Shown one piece after another: positions 29,704 to 37,519 of a DNA stretch of 37,519 nucleotides. Position numbers and translations under genes: made by a program. The notes below the pieces were generated by a model. The model searched no databases and had not been told where the DNA came from. It worked only from the letters and a program-made list of their open reading frames with translations. Source of the stretch: Candidatus Rokuibacteriota bacterium (lineage in GTDB: Bacteria; Methylomirabilota; Methylomirabilia; Rokubacteriales; DASRDR01). Positions within the stretch are counted from its first letter, which is position 1; each line of letters starts with the position of its first letter. The stretch lies in NCBI GenBank assembly GCA_044866005.1, contig JBIOTN010000061.1, positions 1 through 37,519 on the forward strand, given 5' to 3'.

Positions 29704-29850
29704 CCTCGCCCCCCGGCAGACGCGCGGCCCACGCGACGAGAAGCTCGGCGTACGGCTCGCCGCACTCGGTCGCGGCCGGGCCGGGAGCCTTCGGCACTCG
29801 GGCGGCGGGGGCGCCCGCGGGCTGCGACGACGGGGACGCACCAGAGCCGG

Positions 29851-30612
29851 TCATGCCGCGAGGCTCCCGGGGCGGACCGCGAAGAGGCGCCACTCGCCGG
29901 GGATCCCGCGCAGGACGCGGGCGTCCCGGTCGTCGAAGCGGATCCCCGAGCCGACGACCAGGTCCTTGACGGTGCTCGAGACGAGGACCTCGCCCGGCGC
30001 GGCCGTCGCGACCACGCGCGCGCCGATGTGGAGGGCAATCCCGCGGAGCTGCCCGTCCAGCCGCTCGCATTCGCCCGTGTGCACGCCGGCGCGGATCCGG
30101 ATGCCGAGCGGCGTGAGGGCGGCGCTGATGGCGCCGGCGCAGCGGATCGCGCGCGCGGGGCTGTCGAACGCGACGAGGAACCCGTCGCCCGCCGTGTCGA
30201 TCTCGCGCCCGCCGAACCGCCGGAGCTCCCGGCGGACCACCCGGTGGTGCTGCTCGAGGAGCGCCTGCCACCGGCGATCGCCGAGCTCGGCGACGCGCTC
30301 CGTCGCGCCGACGATGTCGGTGAAGAGCACCGTCGTCAGCACGCGCTCGCTGGCCGCGGCGTCGTGGGGCCCGCGCCCGAGGGGGAGGGTCGCGCCGAGC
30401 CGCGCCACGGCGCCGGCGACGACGAGCCCGAGCCCGAGGAGCCAGGGCAGGCCCGCGCCGTGGAGGCCCGGGTCGGTGATCGTGCCGGCCAGCCAGGCGA
30501 GCCCGAGCGTGGGCAGCGAGCTGCCGAGCGCGCTCGGCGCGGCGCCGAGGAGCTGGGTCGCGACGGCCTTGATCGCGCGGCCACCGATGAGGCCCGCGCC
30601 CGTGCGCGTCAT
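29851..30612 (-). CDS. membrane-anchored class III adenylate/guanylate cyclase (Rv1900c/LipJ-like catalytic domain)
   Basis: hydrophobic N-terminus; VLFTDIVG, IDTAGDGF, RAGVHTGE, GIALHIGARV, PGEVLVS, LRGIPGEW; ATGA overlap with upstream gene. Confidence 0.88.
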   Translation of the reverse strand: MTRTGAGLIGGRAIKAVATQLLGAAPSALGSSLPTLGLAWLAGTITDPGLHGAGLPWLLGLGLVVAGAVARLGATLPLGRGPHDAAASERVLTTVLFTDIVGATERVAELGDRRWQALLEQHHRVVRRELRRFGGREIDTAGDGFLVAFDSPARAIRCAGAISAALTPLGIRIRAGVHTGECERLDGQLRGIALHIGARVVATAAPGEVLVSSTVKDLVVGSGIRFDDRDARVLRGIPGEWRLFAVRPGSLAA

Positions 30613-31160
30613 GGCCCGAGCGTCCCGACCTGCACGGAGTGCGTGGCGAGCCGCGCGGCGAATGCCCGGACGCGCGCGGCGGCCTGGGGATCCCGCGTCT
30701 CCGCGGCGAGGGCGCGGGCGAGCTGGAGCGACTGCTCGACGACGTCGCGGTCACCCAGGGCGGCGAACGCTTCCGCGGCGCGCAGCACGCCGTCCACCGA
30801 GTCCTGCTGGCGCGCCCGGAAGAGGGCCGCGAGGTAGCTGTTGCGCGCGGTCGCCGCGGCGACCTGATGCGCCCCCGAGAGCTCCGCGATGCGGAGCGAG
30901 GCCGAACCGACTTCCAGCATGCCGTCCCATCGCCAGCTCGCGACGGCGGCCTGATAGGCCTGGTTCCAGGCCCGCGTGGCGCCGGCGAGGTCCCGCCGGG
31001 CGAGGGCGTCGTCCACGGCCCGCAGATGAGTGGTCCACGCATACTCCCGGACGCCGTCGGCCCCCTGGGCGTGCCCCGGACCCGCCGTCGACACGGCGAG
31101 CACGAGCGCGCCGCCGAGCACGAGGGGGAGCGCCCCGCGCCTCGTCTCTCGCTTCCCCAT
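30609..31160 (-). CDS. secreted or periplasmic all-alpha hypothetical protein (183 aa)
   Basis: AAGGAGG RBS, ATG 31160; signal peptide MGKRETRRGALPLVLGGALVLAVSTAGPGHA; helical repeat-like body (AW..AY..A..S.RWDGM.EVG, YL.ALFRAR..S.DGVLRAAEAF..LGD); the real part of the 1750-aa shadow ORF. Confidence 0.8.
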   Translation of the reverse strand: MGKRETRRGALPLVLGGALVLAVSTAGPGHAQGADGVREYAWTTHLRAVDDALARRDLAGATRAWNQAYQAAVASWRWDGMLEVGSASLRIAELSGAHQVAAATARNSYLAALFRARQQDSVDGVLRAAEAFAALGDRDVVEQSLQLARALAAETRDPQAAARVRAFAARLATHSVQVGTLGP

Positions 31161-31240
31161 GCTGCCCTCCTTTTGCGCGGCCCTGGTCTGAGCCCGCCTC
31201 TGTCGCCCCGGTCCGCCTCCCGGTGGCCGCCGGATATGAC

Positions 31241-31255
31241 GCAACGGCAATGCCA
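31241..31255 (-). promoter_or_regulatory. sigma54 -24/-12 promoter
   Basis: minus strand TGGCATTGCCGTTGC, a near-consensus GG-N10-GC with exact spacing, about 80 nt upstream of ATG 31160. Confidence 0.85.
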
Positions 31256-31261
31256 TTCTGG

Positions 31262-31284
31262 AAGTCCATGAAAACGAGGACTTA
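31262..31284. promoter_or_regulatory. AT-rich IHF-like bend site or dyad between the sigma54 promoter and UAS
   Basis: AAGTCC-N10-GGACTT; AAACGAGGACTTA has 2 mismatches to WATCAANNNNTTR. Confidence 0.4.
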
Positions 31285-31314
31285 GTAGGCGCCAACCCGG
31301 CGGAAACCGCCCAA

Positions 31315-31343
31315 GCTGTCGAAGATTCGGCAGATTCGACAGC
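31315..31343. promoter_or_regulatory. candidate enhancer (UAS) for the adjacent bEBP
   Basis: perfect 9-bp inverted repeat GCTGTCGAA-N11-TTCGACAGC with internal tandem AGATTCG(G/A)C, about 85-115 bp upstream of the inferred sigma54 TSS. Confidence 0.6.
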
Positions 31344-31439
31344 GTGGCGGGCCGTCGCAAAGTATGCCGAGCGGGCGCGAGCAGCCCGGAGGATGGGCGA
31401 ACAATTGGCAGAACGAGAGGAGTAAGATTGACGCGCGCC

Positions 31440-34400
31440 ATGGAGCCGCTGGCGGACCTGGTCGGGGAAAGTTCCGGGATCGTGGCGGTCCGGGAAACCA
31501 TCGCGCGACTCCTCAAGCGCCACTCGGACGCGCGCCGCCTGCCGCCGATCCTGATGCAGGGCGAGACCGGCACCGGCAAGGGCCTGGTCGCGCGGGCGAT
31601 CCATCGGGCCGGGCCGCGGGCCGCCGGGCCGTTCGTGGACGTCAACTGCGCGGCGATCCCGGCGACACTGCTCGAGGCCGAGATGTTCGGCTTCGAGCGG
31701 GGCGCCTTCACCGACGCGCGGCAGGCCAAGCGCGGGCTCTTCCAGGCGGCCCACCGCGGGACGATCTTCCTCGACGAGGTCGGCCTCCTGCCCGAAGAGC
31801 TCCAGAGCAAGCTCCTCAAGGTGATCGAGGAGCAGGCCGTCCGGCGCCTGGGGAGCACCCGGAGCGAGCCGGTGGACGTGTGGGTGCTCACCGCGACCAG
31901 CGAGGACCTGCTCGCGGCCACGCGGACGCGACGCTTCCGGGAGGACCTCTACCATCGCCTGGCCGTGCTCACCATCTGGCTGCCACCCGTGCGGGAGCGT
32001 GGGCGCGACGTGACCCTGCTGGCCGAGCGCTTCCTCGCCGCCGCGTGCGCCGACTACGACCTGCCGCCGAAGACGCTGACGCCGGAGGCGCGCGCGGCCC
32101 TCCTCGGGTACCGCTGGCCCGGGAACGTGCGCGAACTGGCGAACGTGATGGAACGGGTGGCGCTCCTGTCCGAGTCGTCCGCCGTGACCGCCGAGGCGCT
32201 CGGCTTGCCGGAGACGCTGGCGGAGCGCCCCGCCGCCGCGGCGCGTGAGGGCGGCGCGGTGCCGCTCGACGACGCGGTCCAGGAGGTCGAGCGGGCGCAC
32301 CTCGTCGAGGCGCTCGAGCGGACGGGCTGGAACATCTCGCGCGCGGCGGCCCGGCTCGGCGTGCCCCGGAACACGCTCCGGTACCGGATGGAGAAGTACG
32401 GCCTGAGGCCCGGCGCCGTCCCGGACGCGCCGCACCGGCGCGCGGGTCGCGCGCCGGCGCGCGACGGCCTCGTGGAGGCGCCGGGCGCCGCGCCGAGCGC
32501 GCCGGCGCCGGGCGTCCGCTGGGAACGGCGGCGCGTGGCCCTCTTGCGCGCGGCCCTCCAGCCGGAGCCCGGGGCCGCCGAGGCGCCGGGCGACGGCGGG
32601 CGCGGGTTCGAGACCCTCGTCGACAAGGTCCAGAGCTTCGGCGGGCGGGCGGACGACCTGAGCCCGACCGGGATCCTGGCCGCCTTCGGCCTCGATCCGG
32701 TCGAGGACGCGGCGAGCCGGGCCGCGCTCGCGGCGATCGCGATCCAGAAGGCGGCGGAGCGCGCGCGCCGGGTGCCCGGCGAGGGGTTCGCCGTCCGGAT
32801 CGCCATCCACGTCGGTCACTTCCTCGTCGGCCAGGCGGGCGGCGTGGTCACGATCGAGAGCGACGCCAAGCGCGACGCCGCGGGCGTCCTGGAGGCCATG
32901 CTCGAGACCGCGGAGCCCGGCACGACGCTCGTCAGCGACGTGGCGGCGTCGCTCCTCCAGCGCCGGTTCGAGCTCGCCCCCGCGGCCGCCCCGGCGGGGG
33001 GGGCCGGGCGCGTGTACCGCCTGGCCGGGCGCGAGCCCTCGGGTCTGGAGGTGGGCGGCCGCATGGCCCGGTTCGTCGGCCGGCGACAGGACCTCGAGCT
33101 GCTCCAGAGCCGCCTCGCGGCCGCCGCGGCCGGCCAGGGTCAGGTCGTGGGGATCGTGGGCGAGTCGGGCATCGGCAAGTCCCGCCTCCTCTTCGAGTTC
33201 CGCCAGGCCCTGCCCGGCGCGCACGCGCGCTACCTGGAGGGCCACTGCGTGTCGTACGGCAGCGCCATCCCCTACCTCCCGCTGCTCGACCTCGTGCGCG
33301 AGCACTGCCGGATGAGCGACGCCGACAGCCCCGAGCTGATGCGCCAGAAGGTCCGCGGGGGACTCCAGGCGGTCGGCATGGACCCCGACGAGGGCGCGCC
33401 CTACCTCCTGCACATGTTCGGGGTGAAGGAAGGGACGGAGCGGCTCGAGCTCTTGAGCCCCGAGGCGATCAAGGCGCGCACCTTCGAGCTGCTCCGGCAG
33501 CTCTGGTTCCGGGTCAGCCGGTCCCGGCCGCTCATCCTCGCCATCGAGGACCTCCACTGGATCGACGGCAGCTCCGAGGACTTCCTCGCCTCGCTCGTGG
33601 ACGGCCTCGCGGGCGCCGCCGTCCTCCTCCTGACCACGTACCGGCCCGGGTACCGGCCGCCGTGGATCGACAAGTCCTATTCGACCCAGGTCGCGCTCCG
33701 GCCGCTCTCGCCGGGCGAGAGCCTGACCGTGGTCCAGTCGGTCCTGCACGACGCGCCGCTGCCCGAGCCGCTCGCGCAGGTCATCCTCAGCAAGGCCGAG
33801 GGCAATCCCTTCTTCCTGGAGGAGCTCACCCGGGCCGTCATCGAGCAGGAGGACCTGCGGCCGACGGTCACGGTGCCGGACACGATCCAGGGCGTCCTCA
33901 TGGCCCGGATCGACCGGCTGAGCGACGGGGCCCGGCAGCTCCTGCAGAGCGCCTCGGTGCTCGGCCGCGAAGCCTCGCGGCGGGCGCTCGCCGCCATGGC
34001 CGACGGCCCCGAAGCGCTCGACCCCCATCTCCGGGAGCTCACGCGACTCGAGTTCCTCTACGAGCAGACCGGGGCGGAGGAGCCCGTCTACGTCTTCAAG
34101 CACGCCCTCATCCAGGAGGTCGCCTACATGAGCCTCCTCGAGCCGCGGCGCCGCCAGTACCACGGCGCGGCCGGCGCGGCGCTGGAGGCGGTCTACGCGG
34201 GCCGCACCCACGAGGTGGTCGAGCTGCTCGCCCATCACTTCGGGCTGAGCGGGGCGGACGAGAAGGCCGTGGACTGCGCGATCCTCGCCGCGGAGAAGAC
34301 GCAGCGGCGCTGGGCCAACACCGAGGCGCTGGCGCACTTCGACGCGGCGCTCCGGCGCCTCCAGGCGATGCCGGACACCGAGGCCAACCGGCTCCGCCGG

Positions 34401-35516
34401 ATCGACGCCGTGATCAAGCAGGCGGAGGTGAAGTTCGCGCTCGGCCAGCACGCCGAGCACGTCGAGGCGCTCGAGCGCGTGCGCGAGCTGGTGGAGACCA
34501 CGGCCGACCCGCGCCGCCGCGCCGCCTGGTACTACTGGACGGGCTTCCTGCAGAGCCTGACCGGGGCGCGGCCGGAAGTGGCCATCGAATACTGCCGCGA
34601 GGCCGTGGCCATCGCCGCGGCGGAAGGCTTCGAGGAGATCCGGGCATTCGCCGAGTCCTGCCTCGCGCAGGTCTACACGGTCGCGGGGGACTTCCGCGGC
34701 GCGGTTGCGGCCGCCGAGCGGGCGCTCGTGAGCTTCGAGGCCCGGGGCAACGTGTGGTGGGTGTGTCGCACGCTCGGGATCGCGAGCAGCGCGGCGAACG
34801 TCCTCGGCGAATGGGAGAAAAGCCTCGAGTACTGCCGTCGGGCGCTCGAGCACGGGCGCGCGGTGAGCGACCTCCGGCTCGAGGCGGGAGGGTGGTGGCG
34901 GACCGGCTCGGCGCATCTCCATCGCGGCGACCTGACCGCTGCGCTCCGATGCTGTGACGAGGCCCTGGCCCTCTCCCGCATCCCGTTCGACGCGGCCATG
35001 GCCCGGGCGATGAAAGGGTATGCGCTCGTGCGGGCGGGGGACGCGGAAGCCGGCGCGGGGCTGATCGAGGAGGCGGTCGCCTGGTTCGACCGATCCGGCC
35101 TCACGTACATCCGCGCGCGCATGGCCCTCTGGCAGGCCGAGGGTTACCTGCGGCAGCGGCGCCTCGACGTCGCGCGCGCGCTCCTCGAGCGCGTCCTCCG
35201 CGATAGCCTCGAGCACGGCTACCGGTACGTCGAAGGGGTCGCCCATCGGCTCCTCGGCGAGTGTCTGGCGCCCGAGTCTCCGGCCGCCGCCGACCACCTG
35301 GCCAGCGCGGCGCGCATCCTCGAGGAGCTGGGAGCCCGCAACGACCTGGCCAAGACCCTGGCGGCGCAGGCCGACGTCCGGCGCGCCACCGGCGACCGTG
35401 CGGGGGCCCGGCAGCTTCTGGAGCGGGCGCTCGCGCTCTTCGACGCCCTGCAGACGGCAGACGAGCCGGCCCGGGTCAGGTCTGCTATCGTAGCGCTCGA
35501 CCAGCCCGCAGGCTGA
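31440..35516 (+). CDS. sigma54 enhancer-binding protein fused to Fis-type HTH, degenerate class III cyclase domain, STAND (AAA_16) NTPase and TPR region
   Basis: ATG 31440; GETGTGK, GAFTDA, FLDEV, FREDLYHRL, WPGNVREL, NISRAAARLGVPRNTLRYR; ERRRVALL..EDAASRA..RIAIHVG..EPGTTLVS; FVGR, GESGIGKS, IEDLHWID, GNPFFLEE, FKHALIQE; helical repeats. Confidence 0.9.
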   Translation: MEPLADLVGESSGIVAVRETIARLLKRHSDARRLPPILMQGETGTGKGLVARAIHRAGPRAAGPFVDVNCAAIPATLLEAEMFGFERGAFTDARQAKRGLFQAAHRGTIFLDEVGLLPEELQSKLLKVIEEQAVRRLGSTRSEPVDVWVLTATSEDLLAATRTRRFREDLYHRLAVLTIWLPPVRERGRDVTLLAERFLAAACADYDLPPKTLTPEARAALLGYRWPGNVRELANVMERVALLSESSAVTAEALGLPETLAERPAAAAREGGAVPLDDAVQEVERAHLVEALERTGWNISRAAARLGVPRNTLRYRMEKYGLRPGAVPDAPHRRAGRAPARDGLVEAPGAAPSAPAPGVRWERRRVALLRAALQPEPGAAEAPGDGGRGFETLVDKVQSFGGRADDLSPTGILAAFGLDPVEDAASRAALAAIAIQKAAERARRVPGEGFAVRIAIHVGHFLVGQAGGVVTIESDAKRDAAGVLEAMLETAEPGTTLVSDVAASLLQRRFELAPAAAPAGGAGRVYRLAGREPSGLEVGGRMARFVGRRQDLELLQSRLAAAAAGQGQVVGIVGESGIGKSRLLFEFRQALPGAHARYLEGHCVSYGSAIPYLPLLDLVREHCRMSDADSPELMRQKVRGGLQAVGMDPDEGAPYLLHMFGVKEGTERLELLSPEAIKARTFELLRQLWFRVSRSRPLILAIEDLHWIDGSSEDFLASLVDGLAGAAVLLLTTYRPGYRPPWIDKSYSTQVALRPLSPGESLTVVQSVLHDAPLPEPLAQVILSKAEGNPFFLEELTRAVIEQEDLRPTVTVPDTIQGVLMARIDRLSDGARQLLQSASVLGREASRRALAAMADGPEALDPHLRELTRLEFLYEQTGAEEPVYVFKHALIQEVAYMSLLEPRRRQYHGAAGAALEAVYAGRTHEVVELLAHHFGLSGADEKAVDCAILAAEKTQRRWANTEALAHFDAALRRLQAMPDTEANRLRRIDAVIKQAEVKFALGQHAEHVEALERVRELVETTADPRRRAAWYYWTGFLQSLTGARPEVAIEYCREAVAIAAAEGFEEIRAFAESCLAQVYTVAGDFRGAVAAAERALVSFEARGNVWWVCRTLGIASSAANVLGEWEKSLEYCRRALEHGRAVSDLRLEAGGWWRTGSAHLHRGDLTAALRCCDEALALSRIPFDAAMARAMKGYALVRAGDAEAGAGLIEEAVAWFDRSGLTYIRARMALWQAEGYLRQRRLDVARALLERVLRDSLEHGYRYVEGVAHRLLGECLAPESPAAADHLASAARILEELGARNDLAKTLAAQADVRRATGDRAGARQLLERALALFDALQTADEPARVRSAIVALDQPAG

Positions 35517-35624
35517 CCCGGCGGGCACGCCGCCGGCGCCGTTCAGCGGTTGGCCGCGGGATGTCCATGGCGCGAACACGCGTGGCTCGGCCGCAAACCC
35601 GTAGGACCAGAGGAGGGACTGGCG

Positions 35625-35870
35625 ATGGCGGCGACCCAGGACGAATCCGATCTCGGAGAGATGATCTGCGACCGCACCCCGTACGGGCCGATGACGATGC
35701 CGGCCAACTGGAAGAACGAGGTCGAGTGGGACGGCCTGCCGACGTACTGGACGTTCCGCGGTCAAAGCCATCGGGTGAAGGCCTCGATACGCATTCCGGT
35801 GACCATCACCGTGAATGGATTCCAGTACAGGGACTGGCTCATCATCGGATACGAGGGGCACGGGCCGTAG
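35625..35870 (+). CDS. 81-aa hypothetical protein
   Basis: strong AGGAGGG RBS before ATG 35625; aromatic, beta-rich sequence unlike shadow ORFs. Confidence 0.7.
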   Translation: MAATQDESDLGEMICDRTPYGPMTMPANWKNEVEWDGLPTYWTFRGQSHRVKASIRIPVTITVNGFQYRDWLIIGYEGHGP

Positions 35871-36000
35871 TCGCGGCCGGCGCGGCGGGCTCCGTGGTCT
35901 CGCCGTGGGTCGCGCCGCCGTGTCGAGCGCGCGCGGCGGTGCGACACCGGGGCCCCCGGACGCCGGTGCGGTATGGTCCTGCCGGGGAGAGGGGGCGCGC

Positions 36001-37062
36001 GTGAGTGACGTTCATCAGCTCGACACGCCGGCCGTGACGGTAGCGCTCGACATCATGGAGGAGAACATCCGTCGGGTGCAGGCGCACCTCGACCGCTACG
36101 GCATCGCCAACCGCCCGCACATCAAGACGCACAAGATCCCCGAGATCGGCCGCCGGCAGCTCGCCGGGGGCGCGATCGGGATCACGTGCCAGAAGCTCGG
36201 CGAGGTCGAGGTCTTCGCGGACGCCGGAGTCGCGCCGGACGTGCTCCTGACCTACAACATCGTGGGGCCCCAGAAGACGGATCGGCTCATGGCCCTGGCC
36301 AGGCGCGTGGGCCGGCTCACGGTCGTCCTGGACAACGAGCCGGTCGCGCGAGGCCTCTCGGAGGCCGGCGCCCGCCACGGCACCGACGTCCGCTTCCTCG
36401 TCGAGTGCGACACCGGCTTCGGCCGGAACGGGGTCCAGACGCCGGAGGCGGCGCTCGACCTGGCGCGTGCCGCCATGCGGCTCCCCCGCATGGACTTCCA
36501 GGGGCTCATGACGTTCCCCAACCGCGACCCGGACAGCCGGCTCTTCTTCGAGCGCGCGCTCGAGCTCTTCAAGCAGGCCGGCATCCCGGTGCCCGTCGTC
36601 TCCGGCGGCGGCACGCCGGCCCTCTCCACGATCCCGAGCTTTCCCATGCTGACCGAGCACCGGGCCGGGACCTGCGTCTACAACGACGCGATGGTCGTCG
36701 CCTTCGGCACCGCCACCTGGGACGACTGTGCGCTGCGCGTCCGGACGACGGTGGTCAGCCGGCCCACCGGCGCGCGCGCGATCCTCGACGCCGGGACCAA
36801 GGTCCTGACCTCCGATCAGTACGGCATGAAGGGCTACGGGCACGTGCTGGAGTACCCGGAGGCCGTGATCGCGGGCCTGTCCGAGGAGCACGGGACCGTG
36901 GACCTGTCCGCCTGCCGCGAGCGGCCCCAGGTCGGGGAGGTCGTGCACGTCGTCCCGAACCATTGCTGCGTCGTCTCGAACATGGTGGACGAGGTCTACG
37001 GCGTCCGGCGCGATCGGGTGGAGGCGGTCTGGCGCGTCGCGGCGCGCGGGACCGTGCGCTAG
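36001..37062 (+). CDS. fold-type III PLP enzyme, DSD1/D-threonine aldolase-like family
   Basis: GTG 36001; LDTPAV, RPHIKTHK (PLP Lys), CQKLGE, SGGGTP, EHRAG, LDAGTK, SEEHG, PNHCC. Confidence 0.88.
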   Translation: MSDVHQLDTPAVTVALDIMEENIRRVQAHLDRYGIANRPHIKTHKIPEIGRRQLAGGAIGITCQKLGEVEVFADAGVAPDVLLTYNIVGPQKTDRLMALARRVGRLTVVLDNEPVARGLSEAGARHGTDVRFLVECDTGFGRNGVQTPEAALDLARAAMRLPRMDFQGLMTFPNRDPDSRLFFERALELFKQAGIPVPVVSGGGTPALSTIPSFPMLTEHRAGTCVYNDAMVVAFGTATWDDCALRVRTTVVSRPTGARAILDAGTKVLTSDQYGMKGYGHVLEYPEAVIAGLSEEHGTVDLSACRERPQVGEVVHVVPNHCCVVSNMVDEVYGVRRDRVEAVWRVAARGTVR

Positions 37063-37128
37063 CGCCTCGGCGCGTCGCCTCTCCTCACCGCTCCGGTCCG
37101 CGCGCACGCCACGCACGCGCGGACCTCT

Positions 37129-37159
37129 CTTGACAGCCCCGTCAAGCCGGGCTTAGCGT
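37129..37159 (+). promoter_or_regulatory. sigma70-type promoter overlapped by a palindromic operator
   Basis: TTGACA (37130-37135), 18 nt, TAGCGT (37154-37159); CTTGAC-N6-GTCAAG dyad at 37129-37146. Confidence 0.5.
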
Positions 37160-37299
37160 CGGATAGGCTCTACAGCCGAGAGCGTAGGGTTTTCCCCGCG
37201 CTCGCGGCTCCGAGCCCCCCTTGGCCCGCTTCGCGGTCATGGGCCCGCGACGGCGGCCCGGGCACTCCGGGCACCGAACCGAGAGAAAGGAGAGGGACC

Positions 37300-37519
37300 A
37301 TGCGACGGCTGGCGATCGTGGCCGCGCTCCTCGGGCTGGTGGGCGTCGCGCTCACCGTGGTGTGGGCCGATCCGCCGACCTTCCGGACGGGGCGGCTGGT
37401 CCAGGTCTCGGGCGCGAGCCCCTTCGGCTCCTGCACCGCCGACAACGTGGCGGGACAGATCGGCCGGGTGTTCCCCGACAGCGAGGTCGAGCCGTGGGTC
37501 GACGTGAACCCGCGGAACG
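37300..37519 (+). CDS. secreted exo-alpha-sialidase/BNR-propeller-like protein, partial (runs off the window)
   Basis: AAAGGAGAGG RBS; MRRLAIVAALLGLVGVALTVVWA signal peptide; VSGASPFGSC...DSEVEPWVDVNPRN. Confidence 0.65.
   Translation, partial: MRRLAIVAALLGLVGVALTVVWADPPTFRTGRLVQVSGASPFGSCTADNVAGQIGRVFPDSEVEPWVDVNPRN

Noticed and set aside
20379..29969. Other very long ORFs (1166 aa at 20379-23879, 1008 aa at 26815-29841, 900 aa at 27267-29969, and similar ones across the window)
   Set aside because: R/G/P/A-rich, motif-free and overlapping well-supported genes; expected from stop-codon scarcity at very high GC.
35568..35582. Possible sigma54 promoter (TGGCGCGAACACGC) upstream of the 81-aa ORF
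   Set aside because: GG-to-GC spacing is 9 rather than the required 10 nt, and there is no TTGC.
30609..35861. 1750-aa minus-strand ORF
   Set aside because: Antisense shadow of the bEBP-STAND gene; only the last 183 aa (ATG 31160, own RBS and sigma54 promoter) look real.

Overview
A very GC-rich bacterial window. Gene content and intergenic repeat style suggest Candidatus Rokubacteria/Methylomirabilota or a similar soil lineage (inference only). About 30 real CDSs are present, almost all on the + strand; most long ORFs in the track are GC-driven shadow frames. In order: (1) an HprK-like P-loop kinase overlapping phosphosulfolactate synthase comA; (2) a Tat-less molybdopterin oxidoreductase with a fused NrfC/PsrB-NrfD/PsrC partner and a ThDP enzyme; (3) a small secreted protein on the - strand; (4) an atypical SdhA-like/anchor/SdhB-like complex interrupted by a 52-aa ABC-permease deletion scar and a methyltransferase; (5) a TCA super-operon (acn, icd, PPOX/F420-type protein, mdh, two-subunit fumarase, mycobacterial Sdh1-type sdhCAB, sucCD, ndk, biotin carboxylase and carrier); (6) a GT-C-like membrane protein; (7) a 1358-aa sigma54 activator-HTH-dead cyclase-STAND-TPR fusion, divergent from a near-consensus sigma54 promoter with an upstream palindrome that drives a secreted helical protein and a membrane class III cyclase; (8) an 81-aa orphan, a DSD1-family PLP enzyme and a partial sialidase-like secreted protein. 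The best novelty candidates are the bEBP-STAND/cyclase signalling module, a possible kinase-ComA-Mo-enzyme organosulfonate/sulfite pathway, the altered SDH-like complex, and a two-hairpin element with a compensatory base change found upstream of two unrelated genes. No rRNA, tRNA, CRISPR or transposase was seen.
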